Positions 42,001-54,260 of a stretch of DNA of 64,000 nucleotides are shown piece after piece. The DNA is from the human T2T-CHM13v2.0 reference genome, Homo sapiens. Location: assembly GCF_009914755.1 (NCBI RefSeq), contig NC_060937.1, one strand, 5' to 3'. Both the position numbers and the translations under genes were made by a program. The first letter of the stretch is position 1, and every line of letters starts with the position of its first letter. The notes under the pieces were generated by a model. That model saw only the letters and a program-made list of their open reading frames with translations. It did no database searches and was not told the DNA's origin.

Positions 42001-44263
42001 ACCCTCAAGGTGCTTGTGTTTTAAGCAGAGACAAGCATAGACACAAGTAGGCACCGTGAAGTTTTATAACTACAATGATTGAAGTAGGACATTTATTATT
42101 TTGGCTCATATAAAGGTGTCATTCCATGTGGCCTCTTGACATGCTGGCCAGCTGGTCTTCATATTTTGATACCCGCCTCCTCTCAGAAATATCTCTTGAC
42201 CCTCTGCCCAACTTCAGTACTCCTACCATGATCACCCATGTATTATTATCTAGCCAGTGCCATATATATATAAATATTTGGAGTACTCAATGGATGTTGG
42301 TCTAATGAATTATCTTAATTAACTTACTTTGGCTCAGAGGCAGGGCTTCAAACATTTATGTTGTAAATTTGGTTGAACCCCAGTTGAGAAGTGTGTTTCC
42401 TGCAAATTTGTGCTCACCAGAAAATGAAGTAGGTAACAAAATAATATGAAGTATCAATGAATAATGCCCCTTCTTGAGTCTTCAGACTACCTGCTGGCCC
42501 CTTCCACTCATAGGTAAAGAGAAAGTATAGAGGAGAACAAATATTTTTATATTATTTCACTTCTTAAATTCAATGAGCATCTTTTCCTGGAAGCCAGACA
42601 CCCTACCCAAAGCCCCAAGGCACAGTGAACAAGTAAAATAAATGACTCTAATTCTCCCAACCCAACACCTCCCTGCCACAATTCCCCCACCACACTCCAT
42701 GGCTATATACATTTGTCTGAGAAGTTGGAGGAATGAGAGTTGGAAACATAAGGAAAGGAAGAATCAAGTGCACGGCCTCCTGGGTAATCTCGATAATGGA
42801 GACAGTGGGTGGATTTTCTCCCAAGCTTAGGGGTAATTTTAAATACACGATTTGCTTCTCTCCTGGCATTTGCTGTTTAGCAGAACCCCAGATCCAGGTA
42901 GAACAGGAGGGCAACAGGGAAGGGCAACAGAAAGTGGGCAGTAACAGATTGAGGTGGAAGAAAGTAAAGACTGCCTCATGGTGCAAGGTAGGAATTCCCA
43001 AGATTCCTATGGCCACAAACAGTGTAGGGGAAGGTGTTAGCTTCTCCTAGGGAGCATGACTTTGTTTGTTGTCAAACAAAAACCTGCCCAAGAAGGGAGA
43101 TCTGATTAATGGAGCTATGATGGGTAGAAAGCTCATGGTTGGCAGGAGGGGAGAGTTGGGGAGGTGAAAAAACCCCAATCATGTCTTATCAGGATTACCA
43201 AGTAGTTACTGAGGAGAACCCAAATGATGGTCCTAAGAGTATCCAACATGCCTCATGACAGAGTGAGCAATTAGTTCCATCTACAGTAATAGGGGCAACA
43301 ATCAAGGCTTCGCAGTTGGGCATCACCAGAGCCCTAGGACAGTGCTGGGCTTTGGCTTTGCCTCTTTTCTGAAAGCTCCTTCTCATAGCTGTGAGCAGGC
43401 ATGCAAGGACACCACGTACCCTGGAGAAAGAAGCTTTGCACTGAATGGCGCCTACAATCTTAATGCTTAGTTTCAGCTGGAATATTTTTGGATTACACTG
43501 AGTCGACTGAAATGGGAGAGCATGGCTAGCTTGCTCCGAGCAGATGGATGGCTCAGACGATGGGATCAAAAGTCAAGAGAAGTATATCAGGTGCAAAATA
43601 AAGCAAAATCCTTGTTTGCAAACATCTGATTCATTAAAGTAAAATTTATACTTGTTACATGTTGGAGGAGTATTCGTTGCTTCTTTTGGAGCATGTGAGA
43701 ATTAACTATTCAGAAGATATAGATTTAGACAGAGTTCCAGTTCCTCAATTCTAGGGGAGGAAAACCCAAGATAAAAATTAACATTAAATAGGGAAGGATG
43801 TGCAGCAGTAGAAAAATGAAAAAAATATATTGCTTTCTGTTTTAGACTTTTGCATTAAATCTTCTCTTCAGTTCACTGAACTCTCTCAAATGAATCCCAA
43901 AGGTGGATTCACCCGCCCTTCCAGATACCCCCTCCTCTGCCACCCATTCACATCAAGAATTGTGAATAATTACTGTGAGAAGAAAAACAGAAATGAGCAA
44001 ATATCGCTCAGGATTTGAAAGATATTTGCAGGGCCAATGCTTCTGCCAGGAGAGATGTGAAGAAATGGCCACAGGCTTGGGGAGAAAAAGAGGAAAGTCC
44101 ATAGAGTATGGTGGAGAGATAAATTTATGGTCCAGGAAATGGGAAAATTTGCTTGGGAGTTCCAGAGAGCTGACTCTGGAAGCTGCCTCAGTGTCAAGCT
44201 GTCTTCATGCTGCCCTAAGAGCTAGCAGATGGAGAAACATTTTCATTTTAAATCATTCTCTAG

Positions 44264-44454
44264 GACACTGGTTCTGCAAATATAACGCTTGGACAAGTGA
44301 CATCAGCATCATCTGGACTCCTGTTAGAAACACACATTGTTGGGCCCAACACCAGATCTTTACTGAAACAGAAACTCTGGATTGGAGTCCAGCAATCTGT
44401 GTTTAACAAACTCTGCAGGTGATTCTGACACATGCTTGAGTTTGAGCCCCTGCT
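44264..44454. mobile_element. MER5A
   Basis: CATCAGCATCATCTGG...GTTAGAAA...CAGAAACTCTGG...CCAGCAATCTGTGTTTAACAA...CAGGTGATTCTGA. Confidence 0.8.
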
Positions 44455-44863
44455 TTATTACATGAAGGGTATTGGTGATGAAGCATGTCTTAAATGTTAA
44501 TACATTACTTTTATCTTCAGCATTTTCTTCTAAACTGCTGGCACACTTTCTGCATATTTTGATATTGGTGCTTTCATAAGCTCATTGGAAGGTGCCAGCT
44601 GAAGGTGGTATTCAGCAAGAGCTTGAACTCTTACTTCATTTTCAAGTGAACAACAACAAAACAAAATAGTTTGTTGACTGAAACACAAGTGGTGGCAGTT
44701 GTCTACTCATGGCACCAGGTATAAAAACCAACTATGATTAATGCCAGCCATGTCACAAATGCCACCTGCCTAAAGATGCCATTGATATAAGGCACATGTT
44801 AAAATATTTTAAAGGATAAAATTTTAAAAAGTGAAACAACATGTATTAGAAATGATGAAATAT

Positions 44864-45004
44864 GGCCAGGCAGGGTGGCACACATCTGTACTTCCAGCTA
44901 CTCAGAAGGCTGAGACAGGAGGATTACTTGAGTCCAGGAGTCTGAGGCTGCAGTGAGCTATGATCGTGCCACTGCACTCCAGTCAAGGCAACAGGGTGAG
45001 ACCC
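44864..45004 (+). mobile_element. Alu monomer (FRAM-like)
   Basis: GGCCAGGCAGGGTGGCACAC...GAGGCTGCAGTGAGCTATGATCGTGCCACTGCACTCCAG; single arm only. Confidence 0.85.
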
Positions 45005-45395
45005 AAAGAAAGAAAGAAAGAGAGAAAGAGTGAAGGAAAGAAGGAAGGAAGAGAAAAGAAAAGAAAGAAGGAAAGAGAGAAAGAAAGATAGAGAAAGAAA
45101 GAGAGAAAGAAAGAAAAGAGAATGCACTCAAGCCAAGGCAACAAAGTGAGACCCTGTGAAAAAGAAAGAGAGAAAGAGAGAAGGAAGGAAGGAAGGAGAA
45201 AGAGTAAGAAAGAAAGAGAAAGAAAAGAAAGAAAAAGAAAGAGAAAGAAAAAGAAAAGAGGGAGGAGAGAAGAGGGGAGGGCAGGGCAGGGCAGAGGAAG
45301 GGAAGGGAAGGGCAGAACAGAGCAGGGGAGGGGAAGGGAGGAGAGGAGAGGGGAGGGGAAAGGAGGGAGGGAGGAAGAAAGGAAGGAAGGAAGGA
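45005..45395 (+). repeat. Polypurine low-complexity tract (GAAA/GGAA/GGGCA/GGAGG) with an embedded duplicate of the Alu 3' end
   Basis: Read directly; Alu-end copy at 45123-45154. Confidence 0.95.
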
Positions 45396-46312
45396 TATGA
45401 TAAATATGACAATCCAGAAAACCAATGCATGAATTTACAATGATAATTAACATAGTCAAGTTACCATGGGTGAGAAAGCAAGACAGACACTCAGTGTATT
45501 ATTATAGAAACAAGAGGACGTAAGTTCATTCTACCTCCAAGATGATTGGAGGTTGAGTCCCACAGCTATGGATCCTGAGGCCTGGGATAAGCAAGGCTAT
45601 GGGTGGGATGCTTCTGATCTGGTCAGGGGAATTAAAAGGATCTATTTAAGCCAGTGTACAATCAGGGAAGGGACAAACTCTCCAGACACTGGAATCCTGG
45701 AAATAGGATGTCACTAAGGAAGAAATGGATGAAGATCATACAGGCTCATTATAGTGTGATATTACTTCCTTCTCAATCCTGCCTTCAGGTTGCTCCATCT
45801 GTCCCCATCTGGGCCCAGATAAATGTGAACTCTGTGGGTAACATGTTTTTATCTTGCCTGTGCAAAGACTTACACACCTCTACTGGGATCATAAGCACAG
45901 TTGTATATATTGGGAGTAAGGGCAGCTATGCTTGGAAATATAGGTCTTTTAAAAGTGGAAATGGGGTCAAAACATGTCAACTAAAAACAAGTTTGAGTCT
46001 CTGACCTAAGAACTAAGGCTATCTTTCCTAAGTACATGACTTCAGCTTAGGCGATCAGTATCTGTCCCCTCATCCTCTCATGGGTCACATCACGCAGGGC
46101 ATGCAGAAGCTAATTTTCTACTTGGTCACATGTAAGAGGTTTTTGAGACAGGTTTATCACAATTTCATATCCCCTTCTCATTGTTAGCTTCTGAGGAAGC
46201 CTACAATCTTTGAACTTAAAGGTTCATACTCAGCTTCATGATAAACTCAGTTTTTTCTATTCCAGCTCACTCTGCATATTGAAATAATTACAATCATTCT
46301 CATAATTTTTAG

Positions 46313-46342
46313 GAGAACATGAGAAAACATGCTGAAAATGTG
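46313..46342 (+). other. Candidate 30-nt exon
   Basis: CATTCTCATAATTTTTAG acceptor and GTG|GTAAGT donor. Confidence 0.2.
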
Positions 46343-47049
46343 GTAAGTAATTTTTTAGTTTTAATTAAAATATAACATATAATTTTAATTGAATAAATAA
46401 ACAGAAACCTATGATTAACTTAAATTGGAAAAATATTTGACTTGCTTCATATTTCCTTAAGAATTAATCCCATGCTAATACTAGGGTGAATTACCTACAA
46501 CTGCATGGACAAGACAAAACTGGGCCCATAGGAAACACAGGAAAAGAGTAAGCATATTACTCTAAATGAAAGCCCTCAGTGTCTAGCTATGTTTGGCAGC
46601 AACGTTTTTCTGTAGAATAAATAGCTGTGATTCTCAATTGGTTGGTCATGATTAACCAACTCATCTTTCAGGCCAGTTTGTCCCTTCCAGCCCAGTGTCT
46701 GGTGACATGCTCTGTGAATTTTAGCTAGAGGGCATTCTGAAGGGGACTCGGTTGGTAGATGCCAGATAATCCCTCTTTGCCCTCAGGAGTGACTTGTGGC
46801 CTTGGGGAGAGGTCTCCCAAGTCTGCCTATAACCCACTCTCAGCTCTCTCACTCTCTTGTCCAAGTTTTAGCTTGTATGTATATCCTCAGGTGAATTTTT
46901 CATTTCAACTGTTTTCAGTAAAAGCCCTTCTTTTCTTGAAAGAAGTGATGCAGATATAAAAATTTGCGGATTTAAAAGTAGTTTATCCCCAGTAGGAAGC
47001 CAACTCCAGAGCAACTGCTCACACTAATTCTGACACTCCTTGCAGGGAG

Positions 47050-47250
47050 GTGGAGTGGCAGAGGGGAAAGAGCATGAGTTCTGGAGTGAGAGTGACCAGG
47101 TATGAAGCTTGATTCTGCCACCCATGACCTAAGCACGTGACTTCATCTAAGTTTGTCTTTATTCATCTGTATAATGGAGATTTTTTTTTATAAGTTGCTA
47201 AACTAAATGAAGCCACATACACTCTTGATGGAATATTGAGGATATTATTC
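47050..47250 (+). mobile_element. MIR
   Basis: GGAAAGAGCATGAGTTCTGGAGTGAGA...TCTGCCAC...TCATCTGTATAATGGAGAT. Confidence 0.7.
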
Positions 47251-47960
47251 AGAAATCCTGGACTTTGAGCTAGGATTGAACTAGAGTTTGATGAACTCTG
47301 GTTTGTCCTCTTGAGGCGGTGAGTGTGTTTTGTATGGAAAGGTGTTTGTGGATATTTGAGAGCTGGACTCTGGAAGAGATGATACATGGCCTGCTAAGGA
47401 TTTGTGCCACCCTTCCCTACTGTAGATATGTAACTGGGAGATGTCTTCCCAGCTCCTGTTATATCCAGGTGGGCTACTTGAATAGTTATTATCAGTGAAA
47501 TGAAAGTAATTGCACTGTTACAAAAATGCTCCTTGCAAGAGCAAATCAGGAGAGCAGGATCCAAAGTGGAAACCTAGGTGTGGTGACTGTGATGCACAAG
47601 GCTGACTCAAGCTCCAATTTGCAAGAAAATGACCTGCTAGGTCACAGATATTGTAAATAACAGAAAGTAAATAAGACTCAGTGAGCAACATGGGAATGGT
47701 AGTCCATGCTGGATGTGGAGTCTGGATGGCCAGCTAATGTTGAATACCATCTCCTGGGGCCTGGAAGAGGAAGGAATTGAGACAGAACCCTCCATGTACT
47801 GTGAAGACCTTTTGAGGGTGGGGGGAAGTGGAGGCACAGGGAATGAGCGACACCAGTCTCTACACCGATACACAGGGCAGAGGCAGGGCTTACCGCCTCT
47901 AATTTATGGCCTAAGGAAAATAGGTACTTCTCTATGGGACTGTGTAATCCTATTCGATTA

Positions 47961-48321
47961 CATATTAGTACATTTTCAGGCTGCTGATAAAGACATACCC
48001 GAGACTCGGTAATTTATAAAGAAAAAGAGGTTTAATGGACTCACAGTTCCACGTGGCTGGGGAGGCCTCACAATCATGGCAGAAGGCGAAAGGCGTGGTC
48101 TTACATGGTGGCAGACAAGAGAGAATGAGAGCCAGACTAAAGGAGAAACCCCTTATAAAACCATCTTATCTCATGAAACTTATTCACTACTATGAGAACA
48201 GTATGGTGGAAACTGCCCCCATGATTCAATTATCTCCCACCATGTTCCCCCCCAACATATGGGAATTATGAGAGCTACAATTCAAGATGAGATTTGGGTG
48301 GGGACACAGCAAATCATATCA
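47961..48321 (-). mobile_element. THE1B/C solo LTR
   Basis: GCTGCTGATAAAGACATACCCGAGACT...CAAGATGAGATTTGGGTGGGGACACAGC...CATATCA; TSD GATTA/GACTA. Confidence 0.93.
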
Positions 48322-48461
48322 GACTATGGAAAGCAAGGATGATTTATTCAACTTTGCATCCTTAACAACTAGCATTGTCCTGGATGCACAGAAAATAATT
48401 AATAATATTTGTAGAATAAATGAACATAAAATTAGCAATGCGAGTAATCGGTAATACACTT

Positions 48462-48647
48462 TAGTTCTGGGATTTTTAATTGTGGTCCCTGGACCAGTGG
48501 CATCACCATCATCTGGGAACTTGTTAGAAATACAAATTCCAGGCCCTGCTTCAGACCTACAGAATCTGGAATACAACCCAGGGAATCCCGTGCTCTACCC
48601 AGCCTTGCAGATGATCCTGGTGCATGTGAAAGTTCAAGAATCGCTAC
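48462..48647. mobile_element. MER5A
   Basis: TGTGGTCCCTGGACCAG...CATCTGGGAACTTGTTAGAAATACAAATT...CAGACCTAC. Confidence 0.8.
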
Positions 48648-49690
48648 ATTAGTTCATTAAAAATAATTTTCCTCTGAATATCTAAACTGTAAATCTTTAA
48701 TGCCTAGAGGCCAAAACTGCTTTTTTCTTTTAAAGTAAACGCCGATTGAATTTGATAAGTAAGGAATTTCCTTAGATATTTTAAAGATACTGTTATTTGG
48801 TGGGTGTTATGTAAAGATTCCATGAGTTCATGAACAATGCATTCTGAATAGTTCTCTCCAGAGCCCTGACTTTTTATAACTTTTCCAGAAATATCCTGTC
48901 ATTGTTTCACGTACAGGATTTCCATTGGTGTTAGGTGAAGCTGAGAGAGTAGGTCAATAGCAGGATGCAGTCTCAGATTACAGAAACAGAGGTCACACTC
49001 CCCTGTCACCACTGTATTCTTCCATGCATTATGCTTCATTGTGTGTGCATTGGTGCCTCCAATCTCATGTTGTCCGCTTATCACAAAGTTGAAGCGTGAA
49101 TCACTTTTCACCATTGTTTGAAGAGACTGTAGCAATCAAGGAATAATACTGTATCTTTGTACATTTTAGCTAGTAGACAAAATTCATTAATTTTATCTAC
49201 TAGACTAAATTATCACATAGTCTAATAGACAAAATTTAAGATTAGCTAATACAATCTTATTTGAGACATAAGGCTTCAATTTAATTGGCACCGAATATCA
49301 TTCTGAGCTGGCTTTATGACAGCTAATCAATACCTTTAATGAGATGCTCCGTGATGTCATCATTTCCTTGAAATAATTGTCCTAGAGTAATAGAGCAGGG
49401 TCTAATGTGATTAAAGCAAACAGATTTAAACTTCAGCAATTCAAAATGTGTGACTACATATGGCTTTGCTTTTATTATTCCTATAAATTGAATTCTTCTA
49501 GTATTGTCAATTTCAGCCAAAACACTGAGAAAGGTTTTTAACTTTTATTTCAGAATCCCCATGTAGGTTGAGATAGTGACTGATGGTTTCATTACCCAGC
49601 AACCATGGATAAATATTACAATCAGCATTGCCTGGAATAAATAATAGGTGTAACTAACTATAGAAATTAAGTTTTCCGAATGGAACCAGG

Positions 49691-49820
49691 ATAGTTTCTC
49701 AAATTTTAATGTGCATGCAAATCACCTGAGGATCTCGTTAAAATGTAGATTCTGATTCAGTAGGTCTGGGGTGGAGCTAGATATTCTGCATTTCTAGCAA
49801 GCTCCAAAGAAATGCTGCTA
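49691..49820. mobile_element. MER5A/MER5B fragment
   Basis: TTTCTCAAATTTTAATGTGCAT...ATCACCTGAGGATCT...GATTCTGATTCAGTAGGTCTGGGGTGG. Confidence 0.75.
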
Positions 49821-50664
49821 ACGGAAATTTACAATTTACAATTAACAAGGAGACACTGCTAATACACAAACAGCACTTCAGGAAGCAAATCACCAGAAGG
49901 CATTGCGCTGGGAATGAAAGAAAACCAAATGCGAAATAATTTATAGGTAGCTATTTGGTCCTGTTCATCTTCTTTATTTCAAAATAGTTTTTGTGTTTTT
50001 TTTTGTTTTGTTTTGTTTTTTTAAATATCATGCTCAGGCAGAGCACTGCCACTGATTTTACTCTTACAAGTTGTTGCAATTTCTATATTTGTGGCATGTT
50101 TCAATTCAAATTTATTAATTATCACCTTTTAAGAATTTTTGTAGTAGTATCTTTTGATGGTAACATACTCCCATATTTCTAGCAAATATAGAATAAAGGG
50201 ATTCATATGTTTCACTTCCCTGTAAATACAGACATAAAGGTGAGTATAGGATGAGTAGAGATGGCAGGTTCGTTTTCAAGCTTGTAGGACCAAATAGCAC
50301 ACAGCTTTTTGCTCTCAATTATTTAATGTCCCTGTCATAAGTGTTAGACCAGTTGCTTGTTCTGAAGGGCAAGCTTTTTCCTTTCCTAAACATTGTTCAC
50401 TTCCTCCCTAGCAACTCATAAACTTTGATGATGATCATGAAGTTACACTTCTACAGAAAATCATTTCTCACACACCTCTTGGCCAGATATCGGGGCTTCC
50501 AGGTGTTTTCCCATTTCCCCGCAGTTACAGTAGAAGGCTCTCTATTTTCTCACCTCTACAGACTTCCATCACTTCGCCCTGGCTCACTCCTTTGGGTTCC
50601 TGTGGGTGATCCTGATTGAACAAGGAACAGTCAACTTTGAGTGGTGCTCTTCTTTCTTCAGAAT

Positions 50665-50905
50665 GACCGTTATTTTTAACTTAAGAAATCCACCTGGTCG
50701 AACTACTGCCTGTCTGCCAGGCAGACACAGCTGCTCTCAGGGTCTGCCAGAGCCACGTTACAGCCTGCTGGGAAATATGCCGATGAGCGGGAGTTTGGCG
50801 TGGGGTCAGTTTGGACCTCAGGCCTCACTGTGGGCTCATCCTCGCTGTGGTTTTCTGGCATAATGAGTAGATGCTCCACCAACCCAAAGAGAATGCTGTG
50901 GTTCT
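50665..50905. promoter_or_regulatory. Candidate enhancer (MEF2, E-boxes, SMAD-box palindrome, two RUNX sites)
   Basis: GTTATTTTTAAC 50669-50680, CACCTG 50691, TGTCTGCC-A-GGCAGACA 50711-50727, CAGCTG 50728, TGTGGTT 50846 and 50897. Confidence 0.35.
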
Positions 50906-52309
50906 CTTGCCCTGTTTCTTCAACACACATGCACACACACACATGAACCTAAACACATGCACATACACACTTACATTCACTTGCCACATATTCTCCTTGG
51001 AATAAAAAGGAAAGTCTTGTAAGGAAATTGGCCGTGTGCCACATTGCCATAGGCTATACTGTAGGTGCTTTGGATAAAGCTTGTGAAGGAACATATGGGC
51101 CTCATGAAAGAAACACCTGCTTGTTCAAACTGAAAAATAAAAAATAAAAGTTGCCCCACTGCTAATTTGGAACCCCCTAGAAGGAAAGCTGACTGTGATT
51201 AAATGAAAGAGGCCACTGGAAGCTTTTTCTGCCCATACCCTCCCAGCTGGGGCATCTCCATTCCCTTGATTTTTAAACGGATATCATTAAAGGCATACTC
51301 CGTATTTAGATTCTGAAAGTAGATTTAAGAAGTCCTTATACGAGGCAAGTTCTAAAATTGAATTTTCACCACCCCCCGACAAAAATTTTAAAAAATGTTT
51401 TTCAAGCCAAGATTTAGATTTGCACCAAACAGCCAAGATGGTCAAGATTTTCAATAGGATCCTTGCATCTGCTCCCAAATTTTGGGATATTTTGAAAGGG
51501 AATTAACAACTGAAGTTAGGTCATTGCTTTCCAAAGTAAAACTCTAACACCCAGAAATGATTTGGTAGAAGGGAAACTGTATCAATACAGTTTAAAAATA
51601 CATATACTTGTGCACTTGAAAATGACCTAAAAATAAAACATAGCATGAAAACTAAGTTGCTTTCCATTACAATTAGAATCTAGGATCACAAGGGGGTATA
51701 TTAATTTATTTTTATTTCTCTATCTCTCTATTCCACTGTACCAACTAAAGGCTAGTGTTTTTTTTGTTTTTTTTTTGTTTTTTTACTTATACTTGACAAT
51801 AGTAGAACACCTAGGAAAATCCACTGCTACATGATTGATTTAGTAAGAGTTCTTAGTGGTTAATCAAACTCATTATAAGTCCACCAAATGGTCTGTGTGT
51901 GTGTATGTGTATATACACATATACGTATATAATGTGTATATATATAAATACATATAAATAAAATAATGTATTTATAAATACATATCAGTCCTTCACATAG
52001 TAAAATACATAAAATGATATAAAACAAAATAATTTTTCTAAGGCGTGAGATTCTGATGTGTTATTTTCTTTTTGCTCAACTGTACTTTCTGATTTTTTCT
52101 GGACTTTTATTACTTAGATAATAAAAACAACAATAAAGAGTGAAAGAAGATAACAGGGCACAACACTATTCCAGGCTACCTTAAACCAGTTTTCAGGGCA
52201 CCCTGAGATGTCCTGGAGCTCAGGCACAAAGGGGAGCTGGCACATGTTCAGAATCTGCCATACCAGAGGATACTTCCAGTTCTTGTTAGGGATTCTCTTC
52301 ATCTGGAGC

Positions 52310-52523
52310 AAGTGTCCTCAGACTACTGTATCTGGCCTGTACCAGATAACAGTAGTTTTGTAAAAGAAGTTTTACTGGAACACAGCTACTATCATTTATG
52401 TATTGTCTATAACTTTTTTTGTGCCAAAACAGTAGAGGTAAGTAGTTGCCACAGAGACTATGTGGCCCAAAAAGTGTAAAACATGTACTGTCTGGTCCTT
52501 TACAGAAGTTTGCTGACCACTGA
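52310..52523. mobile_element. MER58A-like (hAT-Charlie)
   Basis: GTTTTGTAAAAGAAGTTTTACTGGAACACAGC...CAGAGACTATGTGGCCC...TCTGGTCCTTTACAGAAGTTTGCTGACCACTG. Confidence 0.8.
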
Positions 52524-52744
52524 CCCAGGGTACATTTTAGGGCAAGGACTTCTGTTAATAGAATGTCCTTGTATTCAAGACAGAGCTCACCTACTCCAAT
52601 ATTTAAAAGTTTTGGTTTGTCATGTTGTCAAAATCTGAAATACATCATTAAGCCCTTTAGCCTCTTAATGTTCAATACCATGATTTCAAGTAAATTCAAT
52701 TCATATGTGTCTGATTCAATCCAGTGTAATTCAACAAAGTGTGC

Positions 52745-53107
52745 TGATATGGTTTGGCTCTGGGTCCCCACTCAAATCTCACGGAGGAGGGGACTGGTGG
52801 GAGGTAATTGGATCATGGGGGTAGACTTCCCCCTTGCTGTTCTCAATATAGTGAATGAGTTATCACAAGATCTGGTTGTTTGAAAGTGTGTAGCACTTCC
52901 CCCTTTGCTCTCTCTCTCTCCTGCTGTGCCATGTGAAGACATGCCTGCTTCCCCTTTGCCTTCCGCCATGATTGTAAGTTTCCTGAAGCCTCCCAAACCA
53001 TTCTTTCTGTACAGCCTGCAGAACTGTGGGTCAATTAAGCCTCTTTTCCTTATAAATTACCCAGGATCAGGGAGTTCCTTAGAGCAATACGAGAACAGAC
53101 TAATACA
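52745..53107 (+). mobile_element. THE1D/MSTA-like solo LTR with a small internal deletion
   Basis: TGATATGGTTTGGCTCTG...CCATGATTGTAAGTTTCCTGA...GACTAATACA; TSD TGTGC/TGTAC. Confidence 0.92.
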
Positions 53108-53134
53108 TGTACTTTTGGAAAATGTGTTTCATGC

Positions 53135-53137
<3 letters not shown>

Positions 53138-53176
<39 letters not shown>
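53138..53176. repeat. (CA)n microsatellite
   Basis: Read directly from the sequence. Confidence 0.97.
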
Positions 53177-53180
<4 letters not shown>

Positions 53181-54059
53181 TATCATTCCCGGATTGTGGA
53201 AGTTGTGCTTCTGCTGGAGAGAGTGAATTTCAGACCCTAAAATAATGAGTTGTAACTAAACTCAGGATAGACATGGTCAAATATTTATGGGCACTTTTGT
53301 TCTCTGTAAATTAAGCTGATTGTTTGAGTAAAGACTGGCCCTCATAAAGTTAGCTCAACATCCTATTTTAAAATTTGAGTGTCACATGTTTTGTTCTCAA
53401 CACCTCAATCAAACTCCTTCCTCATGTTTTATTTAACTTGGGCATGGATATTAATAAAATACTGTATGTCAAATTATTCACTTAAAATAATCCTACTCTT
53501 CATCAGCCCTTCAAATTCAGGGTACACAACCAGAGGGAAGCTAGCACAAATTTACTAACTGCAAACCCAGGCTCTGATCATCTCAGCCAAATTTGACAAA
53601 CATCCATTGTTTACCTACCTATGGTGAGCCTCTTAGATACTCAATTGAGAGACTAACTCAGCATCCAAGAAACTTCCAATCAGATTCATTTTGGGGCCTG
53701 TAGCTCACATTCCTTTATGGTATCTATGAGACCAACTTGAAAAACCAGGGTCTCTCACTCTCATATTCATGGCTTCCCTTGTGTCATAGGCATGTTCTAA
53801 TCAAATCGGAGAGGTTACTTCCCTAAGCCTCCTCAGAGGAAGGTTTAGCATTTGTGCTTAGTCTTTGATCCTCTGTATTTATCTAACTGTTAGCCGTTGT
53901 ATAACCTTAAATGTTAGCCTCCAGCTAATCTATCTTAAAAATAAGAAGACTGTGACAGAAATTATAGGAAGATGTCTATAAACATATTAAGAGAGCAGAG
54001 AGCATCATGATGGAAGTCTTCATAATATAGATTATTAGAAGTTAACATGCAATCACTAT

Positions 54060-54260
54060 TAATAACAATATGTTAGCATTGAGCTAGGCAGTTGACATAA
54101 ATTATCTCATGTATTCTTCCAAAATTTGTATGAGGAAATGTCTGTTATTATTTGTATTTTACTTAAGACTCAGGAAGATTAATGACTTTCTGAAGATCAT
54201 GGTGTTAGTAAAAGGTAGAGCAAGGACTCAAAGGCAGATCTGATTGCATTGCTTATGTTT
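54060..54260 (-). mobile_element. MIR
   Basis: ATTATCTCAT...TATGAGG...TGTTATTATT...TTAATGACTTTCTGAAGATCA...GGTAGAGCAAGGACTCAAA. Confidence 0.65.

Noticed and set aside
42642-44406. Several 105-143 aa ORFs
   Set aside because: No homology recognised; one runs into MER5A, and 42640-43050 may be an old LTR that I could not name confidently
44924-45459. Lys/Glu/Arg-rich and Phe/Leu/Ser-rich ORFs
   Set aside because: Translations of a polypurine low-complexity tract that lacks stop codons
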